Positions 39,971-49,205 of a DNA stretch of 64,000 nucleotides are shown one piece after another. Position numbers and translations under genes: made by a program. The notes below the pieces were generated by a model. It searched no databases and was not told the origin of the DNA. It was given only the letters and a program-made list of their open reading frames with translations. This DNA comes from Bacillota bacterium (GTDB lineage Bacteria; Bacillota; Ch66; Ch109): contig JBMNLH010000001.1 in NCBI GenBank assembly GCA_050952625.1, forward strand, positions 81,056 through 145,055, given 5' to 3'. Each line of letters starts with the position of its first letter. The stretch's first letter is position 1.

Positions 39971-40804
39971 GTGACTGAACTAATAATGGAAGGCAAATTA
40001 GTCATGACTGGCCTGATTAAGGCCTGCACCGGACTGCATATCGGCGGGTCCCCGACTGGTTTAGATATTGGCGGCGTGGATAAGTCTGTCATTAAGGACC
40101 CAGGAGGTAAGCCCTATATCCCCGGCAGTTCGCTCAAGGGGAAAATGCGCAGTCTGCTGGAAAAAAGTGAAGGACTGGTTACTTCGTCCAGCCTGGTAGT
40201 TACTAAAAAAGGCGGGATCCACGACACCATTCGGATGCACATGTGCAATTCGCCAACTTGTGCTGTTTGCAATATTTTCGGCCGGACCAACGGGCGAAAA
40301 AAATTAGCTGACGAATCAGATCTAAATATTGAGAACGGGACCCTGCCGCGTTTGATAGTGCGGGATGCGTATCTGGTTGAGGACAGTATCCCGCGGGAGA
40401 TGAAAGAACACTTGGATTTGGAATGGACCGAGGTCAAGTTTGAAAACTCAATTGACCGTATTACATCTGCCGCTAACCCCCGACAGACTGAACGGGTGCC
40501 GCGGGGAGCAGAGTTTAGTTTTCAAATGGTCTATACGGTTTATACTCCGGCAGACCGAGATGACTTCAGCAAGGTGACCAAGGCCTTACGGCTGTTGGAG
40601 GATGACTACCTGGGCGGGGCCGGCAGCCGGGGTTACGGACAAATCCTTTTTCATAACCTGAAGCTATATTGGAATTCAGTCAATGACTATGAAACCGGGA
40701 ATATTAATCTAGCGACCAAAGAGCCCTGGCTAGCGGCGGATACCCTCAGCCAGTTGATGGAACAAATGGTTGAGGCCGGGGGCGTGGCCGGGCTTAAAGA
40801 ATAG
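39971..40804 (+). CDS. csm3: Csm3 (Cas7 backbone RAMP)
   Basis: GLHIGGS...KPYIPGSSLKGKMRSLLE G-loop motif plus the RAMP C-terminus GSRGYGQI. Confidence 0.9.
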   Translation: MTELIMEGKLVMTGLIKACTGLHIGGSPTGLDIGGVDKSVIKDPGGKPYIPGSSLKGKMRSLLEKSEGLVTSSSLVVTKKGGIHDTIRMHMCNSPTCAVCNIFGRTNGRKKLADESDLNIENGTLPRLIVRDAYLVEDSIPREMKEHLDLEWTEVKFENSIDRITSAANPRQTERVPRGAEFSFQMVYTVYTPADRDDFSKVTKALRLLEDDYLGGAGSRGYGQILFHNLKLYWNSVNDYETGNINLATKEPWLAADTLSQLMEQMVEAGGVAGLKE

Positions 40805-40816
40805 CGGGGCGATAGC

Positions 40817-41809
40817 ATGAAAGCACACATCGTGAAAATGCATTTTACAGCGCCCCTGCACTTAGGCAGCAAGGAAGCAATGCTGGAGAACACCCTGCAG
40901 CATATCCCATCCGATGTTGTTTTTTCCGCGCTGTGCAACGTGTATCGCCACCTCTACGGCAAACAAGCTTTAGAGTCGCTGCTGGCGGAACAAGCACAGT
41001 CGGCCGGCTTCCTATTGTCATCAGCCTTTCCTTATTACCGGGATGCCTATTTTTTGCCCCGGCCTTTAAACTTTGACTTAACCCGCTATGGCTTTGAACC
41101 GAAAAAGGCCAAACGGGTGAAATATCTGGAATATAACCTGATGCACCGGGTGTTGGCGGGTAAGTTTCAAGCCGCGGATTTGGAGAATTATGTCGCTGAG
41201 GCGGTGCAGGGCCTGCTTTTGCCCCGGGAGTATCAGGGTCTGAAAATCTGCCGCGAGGTTGAAATACCGCGGGTCGCCCTGGACAGCCTGACTGCTGCGT
41301 CAAATATCTATTACTTTAACCAGGTGACCTTTACCCGGGAGGCCGGTCTTTACTGTCTGGTCCGGTGTGCGCCGGAATTATGGGGCCGGCTCAGGACCTG
41401 TTTTCGTGTCTTGGGCGATGAAGGAATCGGCGGGGACCGGACTTCCGGCAAGGGAGGATTTACCGTCGAATTTCCAGGCGAACTGGCTTTTCCGCAACTG
41501 GGTCAGCCGGCCAGCCATGTCTTATTGTCCCTGTATTATCCCAGTTCTGATGAGGCGGGAAGCCTGGAGGCTGAGTATTCGTTAATCAAACGTTCTGGTT
41601 ATGTCTACTCTTCAGAGGAAACCGGCCTGAGAAGGAAAAGCGTCACCATGCTGGCCGAAGGGGCAGTAGTCTACGCTGATTCTCCTCCAGTTGGGAAGCT
41701 CGTGGACCTGACACCGCCCGGGTTTGACAAGCACAAAGTCTGGCGCAATGGCCTGGCCTTCACGGTGGCGTCAGCCCTGGGGAAAGGAGGAGGGGAAGAT
41801 GCCGGGTAA
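40817..41809 (+). CDS. csm4: Csm4 (Cas5-group RAMP)
   Basis: 330 aa between csm3 and csm5, with a C-terminal Gly-rich region (GDEGIGGDRTSGKGGF). Confidence 0.8.
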   Translation: MKAHIVKMHFTAPLHLGSKEAMLENTLQHIPSDVVFSALCNVYRHLYGKQALESLLAEQAQSAGFLLSSAFPYYRDAYFLPRPLNFDLTRYGFEPKKAKRVKYLEYNLMHRVLAGKFQAADLENYVAEAVQGLLLPREYQGLKICREVEIPRVALDSLTAASNIYYFNQVTFTREAGLYCLVRCAPELWGRLRTCFRVLGDEGIGGDRTSGKGGFTVEFPGELAFPQLGQPASHVLLSLYYPSSDEAGSLEAEYSLIKRSGYVYSSEETGLRRKSVTMLAEGAVVYADSPPVGKLVDLTPPGFDKHKVWRNGLAFTVASALGKGGGEDAG

Positions 41810-42950
41810 ACTCAAGTATCGCCTGGAGGTCTTGACCCCGGTGCATATTGGCAGCGGGCAAAAACTGCTGCCGGCGGATTATATTCTTGATCCCGAGACG
41901 CAGGAGGTTATTCGGGTCGACCTAAATGCCCTGTTTAGTGACCGCTCTTTTCCGGTCGGACGTTTTATCGCGGCGATTAAAGAGCCTGGCTTTAGTCTGC
42001 AGCGGAAATTTTATCAGTCAGGGCGCATGTATCCCCTGTACCGGCTGGCAGCAGCCGATACGCTAAACGAGCTTAACCAGCACATTGGCCGCCCGGCCGG
42101 GGCCATTCTCGAACACATAAAGGAGGCCGGCCAGCCCTATCTCCCGGGGAGTTCGCTGAAAGGAGCCTTGCGTAGTCTGGTCGTTCGCTGCTTGATTGCG
42201 CAAAACCCTGATTCTTACGAAGAAAGGCTCAGACAAAACATGCAAGGAGACAGGAGAAGCCGAAAGGAGTTTTTCTCCACTTCCGCTGAAGAACGCGTAG
42301 TCGGCAACCCCAATTTTAGTCTATTTAAGTCCCTGCAGGTTAGCGACAGCTCAACGTTAAACCCACAGCAGCTTCAATTGGGCTGTACGCGGGTCCTTTC
42401 CTTAACCCGACGTGGGTTCCGCTGGAAGGACCTGGGTCAGAACACGAACGTGGATCGTCCAGAGATGGCAACGCCGATTTTTTTTGAAGCCATTCCGGCT
42501 GGGACCACCCTAACCGGCACCTTAAAGGTAGATGAGACCTTGCTCAAAGGAGAAATGGCGCAATTGCTCAGGTACCCGCCGGCCAGCAGAACCGCCCTGC
42601 TGGAACTAACGCGGATCTGCCGGGAAGGCAGCCGGGAACTGTTGCGCAATGAAGAGGAGTTTTTCACGAAAATTTCCTTTGCCCCGGGTGTTCAGGCGGT
42701 CAAAGGTATACTGTCGATTGAGCAGGACTGCAACGCTAATCAGATGATTATCCCCTTGGCCTGGGGGACTGGTTATCTGGCCAAAGCGATGGGCTGGAAG
42801 ATTGATCCCGATTTGTTTCGGGAGGTGCGAGACCGATTCAGACTGGGCCGGCCGGGGTTTGAATTTCCAAAATCTCGAAAGATTATTTTCACGCAGGGTA
42901 AACCGTCTGGTTTAATGGGCTGGGTTAAGATCACCCTGGGAGAGGAATAA
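41799..42950 (+). CDS. csm5: Csm5 (Cas7-group RAMP)
   Basis: MPGKLKYRLEVLTPVHIGSG...PYLPGSSLKGALRSLV. The ATG at 41799 is preceded by GGAAAGGAGGAGG; the ORF-track start at 41724 lies inside csm4. Confidence 0.85.
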   Translation: MPGKLKYRLEVLTPVHIGSGQKLLPADYILDPETQEVIRVDLNALFSDRSFPVGRFIAAIKEPGFSLQRKFYQSGRMYPLYRLAAADTLNELNQHIGRPAGAILEHIKEAGQPYLPGSSLKGALRSLVVRCLIAQNPDSYEERLRQNMQGDRRSRKEFFSTSAEERVVGNPNFSLFKSLQVSDSSTLNPQQLQLGCTRVLSLTRRGFRWKDLGQNTNVDRPEMATPIFFEAIPAGTTLTGTLKVDETLLKGEMAQLLRYPPASRTALLELTRICREGSRELLRNEEEFFTKISFAPGVQAVKGILSIEQDCNANQMIIPLAWGTGYLAKAMGWKIDPDLFREVRDRFRLGRPGFEFPKSRKIIFTQGKPSGLMGWVKITLGEE

Positions 42951-42953
42951 CTG

Positions 42954-43882
42954 ATGCTCAAGGTAATTAAAGTTAATATCGAACTCAAACCCGTCGAACC
43001 TATTGAACTGCCAGTTTATAAAGGTTCCACCTTTCGGGGGGATTGGGCCAGGTACTTAAAGAGATGGTCTGTATCCGGCGGGACCGGCAGTGCCGTCGGT
43101 GTTCCATAAGTAATAAATGCAGCTATACCTTCGTCTTTGAAACCGCAACTTATTATGCCGGGCAGCCTCGGGATTCCGGGGGTGTGCCGCAGCCGTTTGT
43201 CTTGGAACCACCTCTGGAGGAAGAAACCAGATACGAAGTTGGCCAAACAATCAATTTCAGTTTAGTTTTGATGGGGCGGGGGGTAGATTATCTGCCCTAC
43301 TTCCTGTCCGCCTTTGATTTTATGGGGGAGCGGGGAATCGGACGCCGGCGGGGTCGGTTTGAGTTGTTCCGCGTGACTGACAGCTATTCGGGAGAGGTAG
43401 TCTACGACCGGGAAAGCGGTGAGGTTAACTCGCTGTTGACCCCCCGAAACCTTTCAGACCTGCTTCTGAAAAGCGAGGCGTGCCAAAGCTGTTGCCTGAC
43501 TCTGCTCACCCCGCTTCGTTTAAAACAAGGGGGCAGCCTGACCGAACAATTCAACTTTGAATTACTCATTCGAGCTATTCTAAGGAGAATAACCTATCTC
43601 AACCAGTATTTCGGTGATCAAGAGATAGAACTGGATTATAAACAGCTTATCGATCAGGCCAAAGAGATCAAAACCAGGGCCAGAAATATAGCCTGGCGGG
43701 ACTGGGAAAGGTATTCAAGCCGGCAGGATACCCGGATGAAACTGGGCGGAATAGTTGGCGACATAGAGTTCGCCGGAGAAATTACCCCTTTTTGGCCTTT
43801 TCTGTTAATGGGGCAGGAAATCCACATTGGCAAGAATACTACCTTTGGCCTGGGAAAATATTTAGTGGAACGATCAGGCTGA
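42954..43882 (+). CDS. cas6: Cas6 (crRNA endoribonuclease) of the III-A module, with a frameshift in a G6 run at 43035-43040
   Basis: Frame 0 from the ATG at 42954 gives MLKVIKVNIELKPVEPIELPVYKGSTFRG, then hits a stop. The track ORF (43043..43882) continues ...GQVLKEMVCIRRDRQCRRC... and carries the Cas6 G-rich loop GEITPFWPFLLMGQEIHIGKNTTFGLGKY. Inserting one G yields GSTFRGGLGQVL. Confidence 0.8.
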
Positions 43883-44343
43883 GAGATTGAGAATGTTGAG
43901 TAGATGTTGGAAGGATAAGTAATATTTATGTCGAATTCTAATATTATCTATTTTATTTTACCAGTTTCATATTCGATAGGTTTTGCCTATCGTAATTGAT
44001 AGATAAGTAAGTGAGCCTTTTGGCCTGATTTTATAACGTTGCCCTGCACGAACGAATAGTAATCAAAATTGCAAATTCGACTCCATATAATATAAGCAAT
44101 TTATATTTATTGAAGTAATGCACTTATTATTATCGCTAACCTGTTTAAGGCTAAAAATCTCTGGGAGGTTAGCGATAATGAGTAATTCAAAGAAATATGC
44201 TGAAATAAAGAGCAAGGAGGCAATAATTTTATTTGGGATGAACTGGAAAAGAGGTGATTTTCAAGTCTTTGTAGCAGGTTTTTTTGCGGTTAGCGGAATG
44301 GCACCTCGCAGCCCAGTATTATCAAGGCCTCCGGACAGCCGCT
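43883..44343 (+). promoter_or_regulatory. CRISPR array 1 leader (AT-rich), with a conserved 12-bp stem hairpin at 44131-44177 and 58 bp next to the first repeat shared with the array 2 leader
   Basis: tatcgctaacct...aggttagcgata, and gcggttagcggaatggcacctcgcagcccagtattatcaaggcctccggacagccgct, both have homologs at 60825-60867 and 60978-61035. Confidence 0.6.
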
Positions 44344-46179
44344 GTGAGAATGATTGACCCGCTCAGAGGGGATTGCGACGATGTACTTCTCGAAATTATC
44401 ATCGGCTCGCTTGTGCCAGTGGTGAGAATGATTGACCCGCTCAGAGGGGATTGCGACGGCATTAACCTCCTCCTCCTCCTCTTCTAATTCAGTTAATCTG
44501 TGAGAATGATTGACCCGCTCAGAGGGGATTGCGACCTGTCCCCGTAAATACGAGGACTTCTCTCAGATACCTGAGGTGAGAATGATTGACCCGCTCAGAG
44601 GGGATTGCGACAATTCCTCCTTGTTTTTTTTCGGTTGGTTTAGAGATTTCGTGAGAATGATTGACCCGCTCAGAGGGGATTGCGACTGTCACCTTTGTCA
44701 GCGTCCCCGCCATCATTGCCGGAGCCGCGTGAGAATGATTGACCCGCTCAGAGGGGATTGCGACACCAGATGCGGCCAGCATGGATCCACCGCTTGCTAA
44801 AACGTGAGAATGATTGACCCGCTCAGAGGGGATTGCGACTTTTCCTGTAATTCTGGCAATGATAAGATGTATCCAACTGTGAGAATCATTGACCCGATCA
44901 GAGGGGATTGCGACAAATAGCAATTAGAATTATTACCATGAAATTTCGGATCTGGGTGAGAATCATTGACCCGATCAGAGGGGATTGCGACTTACTAGAA
45001 TAAACACTTCTCCGCGCGATTTTTTTCCTGGTGAGAATCATTGACCCGATCAGAGGGGATTGCGACACTGGAGAGGAAGAAATAATGCTCATAATGGCAT
45101 TGACTTGTGAGAATCATTGACCCGATCAGAGGGGATTGCGACCCACTGCCGACCGGCAGCAAGCAGATTTTCATCCCCGTGAGAATCATTGACCCGATCA
45201 GAGGGGATTGCGACAAGGATTAAAGAATATAGCTCCTACAACTTTGTTGTGTGTGAGAATCATTGACCCGATCAGAGGGGATTGCGACGATATTTTTACG
45301 ATTAGTCCTATCCCCTGCAGCATCGGTGAGAATCATTGACCCGATCAGAGGGGATTGCGACGACTGCCCGCCGACCGCACTCGATGGCCGAAACCATTTT
45401 GTGAGAATCATTGACCCGATCAGAGGGGATTGCGACTTCTCCTTCTTTTTTGGTTTCGTTTCGTTTTCGACGGCTGGGTGAGAATCATTGACCCGATCAG
45501 AGGGGATTGCGACCAAAAGCAAGCTTACGACGGGATATGTTTTAGCTAGTGTGAGAATCATTGACCCGATCAGAGGGGATTGCGACAACTGAAGGTTTAC
45601 GTTTTTCTTGTTATCCCAGCTAATTGTGAGAATCATTGACCCGATCAGAGGGGATTGCGACCTATTGTTGCAGCACCACCACAACGCTCACAAATAAAAA
45701 GTGAGAATCATTGACCCGATCAGAGGGGATTGCGACCTAATGCCATAACTTCTCAACTCATCAATTGATTTCGGTGAGAATCATTGACCCGATCAGAGGG
45801 GATTGCGACATATTTTTCCTCCCATGGCTGGAACGGGTCAGAACGGTGTGAGAATCATTGACCCGATCAGAGGGGATTGCGACACACAAACTCTGGAACC
45901 CTCTCCCCGTCCTGCCTCTTTGCGTGAGAATCATTGACCCGATCAGAGGGGATTGCGACCTTGAAACTCATCGCACATCGCTCACTTTCTCTTATTTGTG
46001 AGAATCATTGACCCGATCAGAGGGGATTGCGACTTTTAGAGCAGGTCGCTTAGCAGGATTTTTCTCCTTTTTTGTGAGAATCATTGACCCGATCAGAGGG
46101 GATTGCGACACTCACTGTTCCCTTTTTATGCCCCATGATGATATCCCAAGGGGAGAATCATTGACCAGATTCGCCGAAT
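44344..46179 (+). CRISPR. CRISPR array 1: 25 repeats of 36 bp plus one degenerate terminal repeat; spacers 36-42 bp
   Basis: Repeats 1-7 read gtgagaatgattgacccgctcagaggggattgcgac; repeats 8-25 read gtgagaatcattgacccgatcagaggggattgcgac; a degenerate copy lies at 46150. First repeat starts include 44344, 44422, 44500, 44576 and 44651. The leader is at the cas6 side, so the array is transcribed on the + strand. Confidence 0.95.
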
Positions 46180-46279
46180 TATTTACTTTACCCAAAACAA
46201 CTAGGTGGGTTAGATGGCAAGCTAATTCAGGTTAATGGCAGCCTCAGTTATTGGGGCTTTTTTTATTGCCCCCTATCTG

Positions 46280-46312
46280 GAAACTTTTTTTCGGCTAGTT
46301 GAATTTATAATT
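46280..46312 (+). promoter_or_regulatory. Second copy of the conserved promoter-like element upstream of the HNH-motif gene
   Basis: ggaaactttttttcggctagttgaatttataat matches 36646-36679 at about 30 of 34 positions and ends in TATAAT. Confidence 0.4.
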
Positions 46313-46368
46313 TATTAGGGTGATCGGTTAACTTGTCATTGCAACTTCTATCAAGGAGGTTAAAAGAA

Positions 46369-47229
46369 ATGGGTTTTCTAAAGGATTTAGGCAGTCTCAC
46401 CGGCAGCATTGCAGGGGTGGTTTTGTCTACTCCAGTGACTTTGGCTGGTGGTTTTTTTGATAGTGATACCTTAAAGGAGGCGGCTCGCGGGATACACTAT
46501 GTTACCGCCAGTACTGGTTCCTTAATCGGTCAAACCGTCAGTGGCGGTCTGGATGTGGTGGAAGGAGTTTTAACTAGGAATGACAGGATAAGTCAGCAGG
46601 GTCTTGATGAGGTTGGTGATTCTTTTAAAACTGTTATCAATGGGGTAATTGGTGGTACCGCTAGTCTCTTGGATAATAGTGGTAAAGTAATTACTGGGGT
46701 ATTTGAGGGTGATACGGCCACCGCAATGCAAGGAGCTAAAAATCTTGCTAAATTTGGCATAATTACGGCCATCGGAATTGGGCTGGCTGATGCGATTGGG
46801 ATTGTTGATGTAAATGGGAATGAGACGGTAGCCCACGCTCAAGTACCTAGTAGTTTTAGTTATGATCAAGATGATGCTGTTTTGGATTATTCAGATATTG
46901 GTGAACCGCATGGGCTAGTACCGGACGTTCCGGTTGATGACATTCCTGGAGTTGATAATGGTATGGCTCATCCATCCGCTACGGAGGTATTAATTGATCT
47001 GGGTTGCCAGGATGGAACGGAGCATGTCGTGGATCCGCCCCGGGATCCGGGGATGGTCCAGGCATTTTTAACGGAGCATGGATATACTGAGACTCCTGAT
47101 GGTTACGAGGTCCATCACATTATTCCTCTGTCCGAAGGTGGAGCCGACCATCCGGCTAACATGGTATTAGTTTTGGAAGAAGAACATGATCAGATTACGG
47201 CGGCCCACCAGAGGTTTTATCAATGGTAA
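46369..47229 (+). CDS. Hypothetical protein with a Gly-zipper-rich N-terminal region and a C-terminal HNH-type nuclease motif
   Basis: The ATG at 46369 follows an AAGGAGG RBS. The C-terminus EVHHIIPLSEGGADHPANMVLVLEEEHDQITAAH fits the HNH HH-N-H pattern. The N-terminus has GxxxG-like runs (ITAIGIGLADAIGI). Confidence 0.5.
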   Translation: MGFLKDLGSLTGSIAGVVLSTPVTLAGGFFDSDTLKEAARGIHYVTASTGSLIGQTVSGGLDVVEGVLTRNDRISQQGLDEVGDSFKTVINGVIGGTASLLDNSGKVITGVFEGDTATAMQGAKNLAKFGIITAIGIGLADAIGIVDVNGNETVAHAQVPSSFSYDQDDAVLDYSDIGEPHGLVPDVPVDDIPGVDNGMAHPSATEVLIDLGCQDGTEHVVDPPRDPGMVQAFLTEHGYTETPDGYEVHHIIPLSEGGADHPANMVLVLEEEHDQITAAHQRFYQW

Positions 47230-47438
47230 TTAAGGTTTAACTTGAGATGGTTTCTAGTTATATTTAAAGCATACTAGTTAAGTCGGTTTAAAAAGTTAAC
47301 CATTGATATTCTTTAAAAATTAGAAGGGAAATGGATGAATATGTCGAATTTCCAGTATACAGTATTGATATGGTCGAATAACTAGTAGGTATTGCGAAAC
47401 AACTTAATTATTGGGATTTAGCGTAGAACGGAGGCCTA

Positions 47439-49151
47439 ATGATAATGGAGAAAAAACCGTGGAAGCTAATTACCTTTATCGGGATGGGTTATTATCAGCC
47501 GACGAATTATAAGATTAAAGGAGTAGAATATCCTGACACCAAATATTTTCCCTTAGCTGCGGCTAAATGGTTGATTGAGCAAAGGGGAGATCAAGGAAAA
47601 ATTGTAGTACTGGTCACTAAAGAAGTTATTGAAGATACAAAAAACCAGAATTTACAGGGATTTAAGGAAGCCTTATTACTTGACCCACAATTTAAACATC
47701 TAAATGTGCAGCAAGAAATATTTCCTTGGAAAGAAGAAAGCGAGCTCTGGGAAATATTTAAGATAATCGTTAATTCGGTAGAGAATGGCGAAACCGTATA
47801 TTTTGATATTACTCATTCCTTTAGATTTATCCCGTCCATCGTTTTGTTGGCTTTGATTTATTTAAAAGAGGTTAAAAGGATAGACCTTCAGTCGGTGTTC
47901 TACGGAAACTTTGAGGCAACGAAATCAGGCTTTGACTATGCACCCGTATTTGATATTCTCCCTTTTGTCGATCTCGCGGAATGGCTGTTTGGGGCGCGAG
48001 TATTTAAAGAATTTGGGTTAGGCAGTATTTTAGGTGACAAAATTAAGACGGTGCAGGCTGAAATACGGAGAAAAAGCAAAGAAGGGCCGGAGAAGTTAAT
48101 TAAGCTGGGGACCCGCTTGAATAATCTTTCAAGTGCTTTAGCTGTGGGTAATGCCATAGGTGTGGGTGAAAACGCCCTGAAATTGACTAATTTTATAAAT
48201 CAAAATAAAGATAAAATAGAAACGGAAGTAAGGGAGTATGTCCCGCCATTGGTGCCGTTAATAGAGGGTATTGTGGATGAATATGCTCAATTTGGGCTTG
48301 AGGATATTCAGTTAAATATGAAGGAATTAGAGAGAGAAGAAAGTTTAATTCGCTGGTATCTAGAAAAAAAAGATATCGGAAAAGCCCTGCAACTGTTTAG
48401 GGAATTTATAGTAAATACTGTTTTATATATTAATGCTGGGTCGACTCGTGAGTGGCTAAAACTGGATAATAGATTGCCCGTAGAACGGCAATTACATAAT
48501 TTAAAGGTCGCTAATACAGAGGTTGGTCGCCTCTGGGATGAAATTGCATTCGAAAGAAATTCAATTGCCCATTGTGGTTTTAATAATCAAGACAAATTTA
48601 ATCCGAATAAAGAGTATCGAAATTTACAGTTGGTTACCAGGCCTGACCATAATCTTGAGGAATGGATTTCTAGAATTGCTTCAGAGGTACAAGCTTTAGC
48701 CTTCGATGAAGGATCGGTCCTGCTAACACCATTGGGGCTGTCGAAAGGGTTATTATTTACCTTATGGCAGAGATATCCTGATATTGAGCGGACCATAATT
48801 CTCACATCGGCAGAGACGGTCAACAGTATCGAAGAAGTGAAAAAGATAACCGGATACTCAGGGGAGATCAAGATCTGCCTAGTTCAAGATCCATTTACTG
48901 CTTTTGACCAGATTGAAAATAAGTGGAAGGAAATAAAAGATTTTCTTAAAAGTAATATTATTGTTAATATCACTGGCGGTACCACAGCACTTCAATATTT
49001 GGTGGAAAAAATACAACAAAGGCTTATTAACCAGGATGTGAGAATAACTACGGTTGCGGCTATTGATCGAAGGCCCGTGCAGGAACAAAAAGAAAACCCA
49101 TGGGTAGCCGGACAGATAATTAAATTAAAGGAAGACCATCAGGAAGATTAG
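47439..49151 (+). CDS. csx1: Csx1-family CARF-HEPN ribonuclease with an additional C-terminal Rossmann/CARF-like domain
   Basis: N-terminal CARF with the DxTH motif (VYFDITHSFRFIPS), a HEPN Rx4H motif (FERNSIAHCGF), and then ~190 more aa with VLLTPLGLSKGLLFT...TIILTSAE...VNITGGTTALQYL, which looks like a second CARF-type fold. Confidence 0.75.
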   Translation: MIMEKKPWKLITFIGMGYYQPTNYKIKGVEYPDTKYFPLAAAKWLIEQRGDQGKIVVLVTKEVIEDTKNQNLQGFKEALLLDPQFKHLNVQQEIFPWKEESELWEIFKIIVNSVENGETVYFDITHSFRFIPSIVLLALIYLKEVKRIDLQSVFYGNFEATKSGFDYAPVFDILPFVDLAEWLFGARVFKEFGLGSILGDKIKTVQAEIRRKSKEGPEKLIKLGTRLNNLSSALAVGNAIGVGENALKLTNFINQNKDKIETEVREYVPPLVPLIEGIVDEYAQFGLEDIQLNMKELEREESLIRWYLEKKDIGKALQLFREFIVNTVLYINAGSTREWLKLDNRLPVERQLHNLKVANTEVGRLWDEIAFERNSIAHCGFNNQDKFNPNKEYRNLQLVTRPDHNLEEWISRIASEVQALAFDEGSVLLTPLGLSKGLLFTLWQRYPDIERTIILTSAETVNSIEEVKKITGYSGEIKICLVQDPFTAFDQIENKWKEIKDFLKSNIIVNITGGTTALQYLVEKIQQRLINQDVRITTVAAIDRRPVQEQKENPWVAGQIIKLKEDHQED

Positions 49152-49205
49152 GTGACCTGAAATTCTAAAAGTGATCAAAGCAGGCAAAATTTTTTTGTCT
49201 AGATT

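Noticed and set aside
44284-46235. Multiple 60-150 aa ORFs on both strands inside CRISPR array 1 (for example 44510..44800, 44519..44923, 45220..45684, 45263..45481, 46008..46235), with recurring peptide motifs such as VRMIDPLRGDCD and SQSPLIGSMILT
   Set aside because: They are translations of the 36-bp repeat in different frames, not genes.
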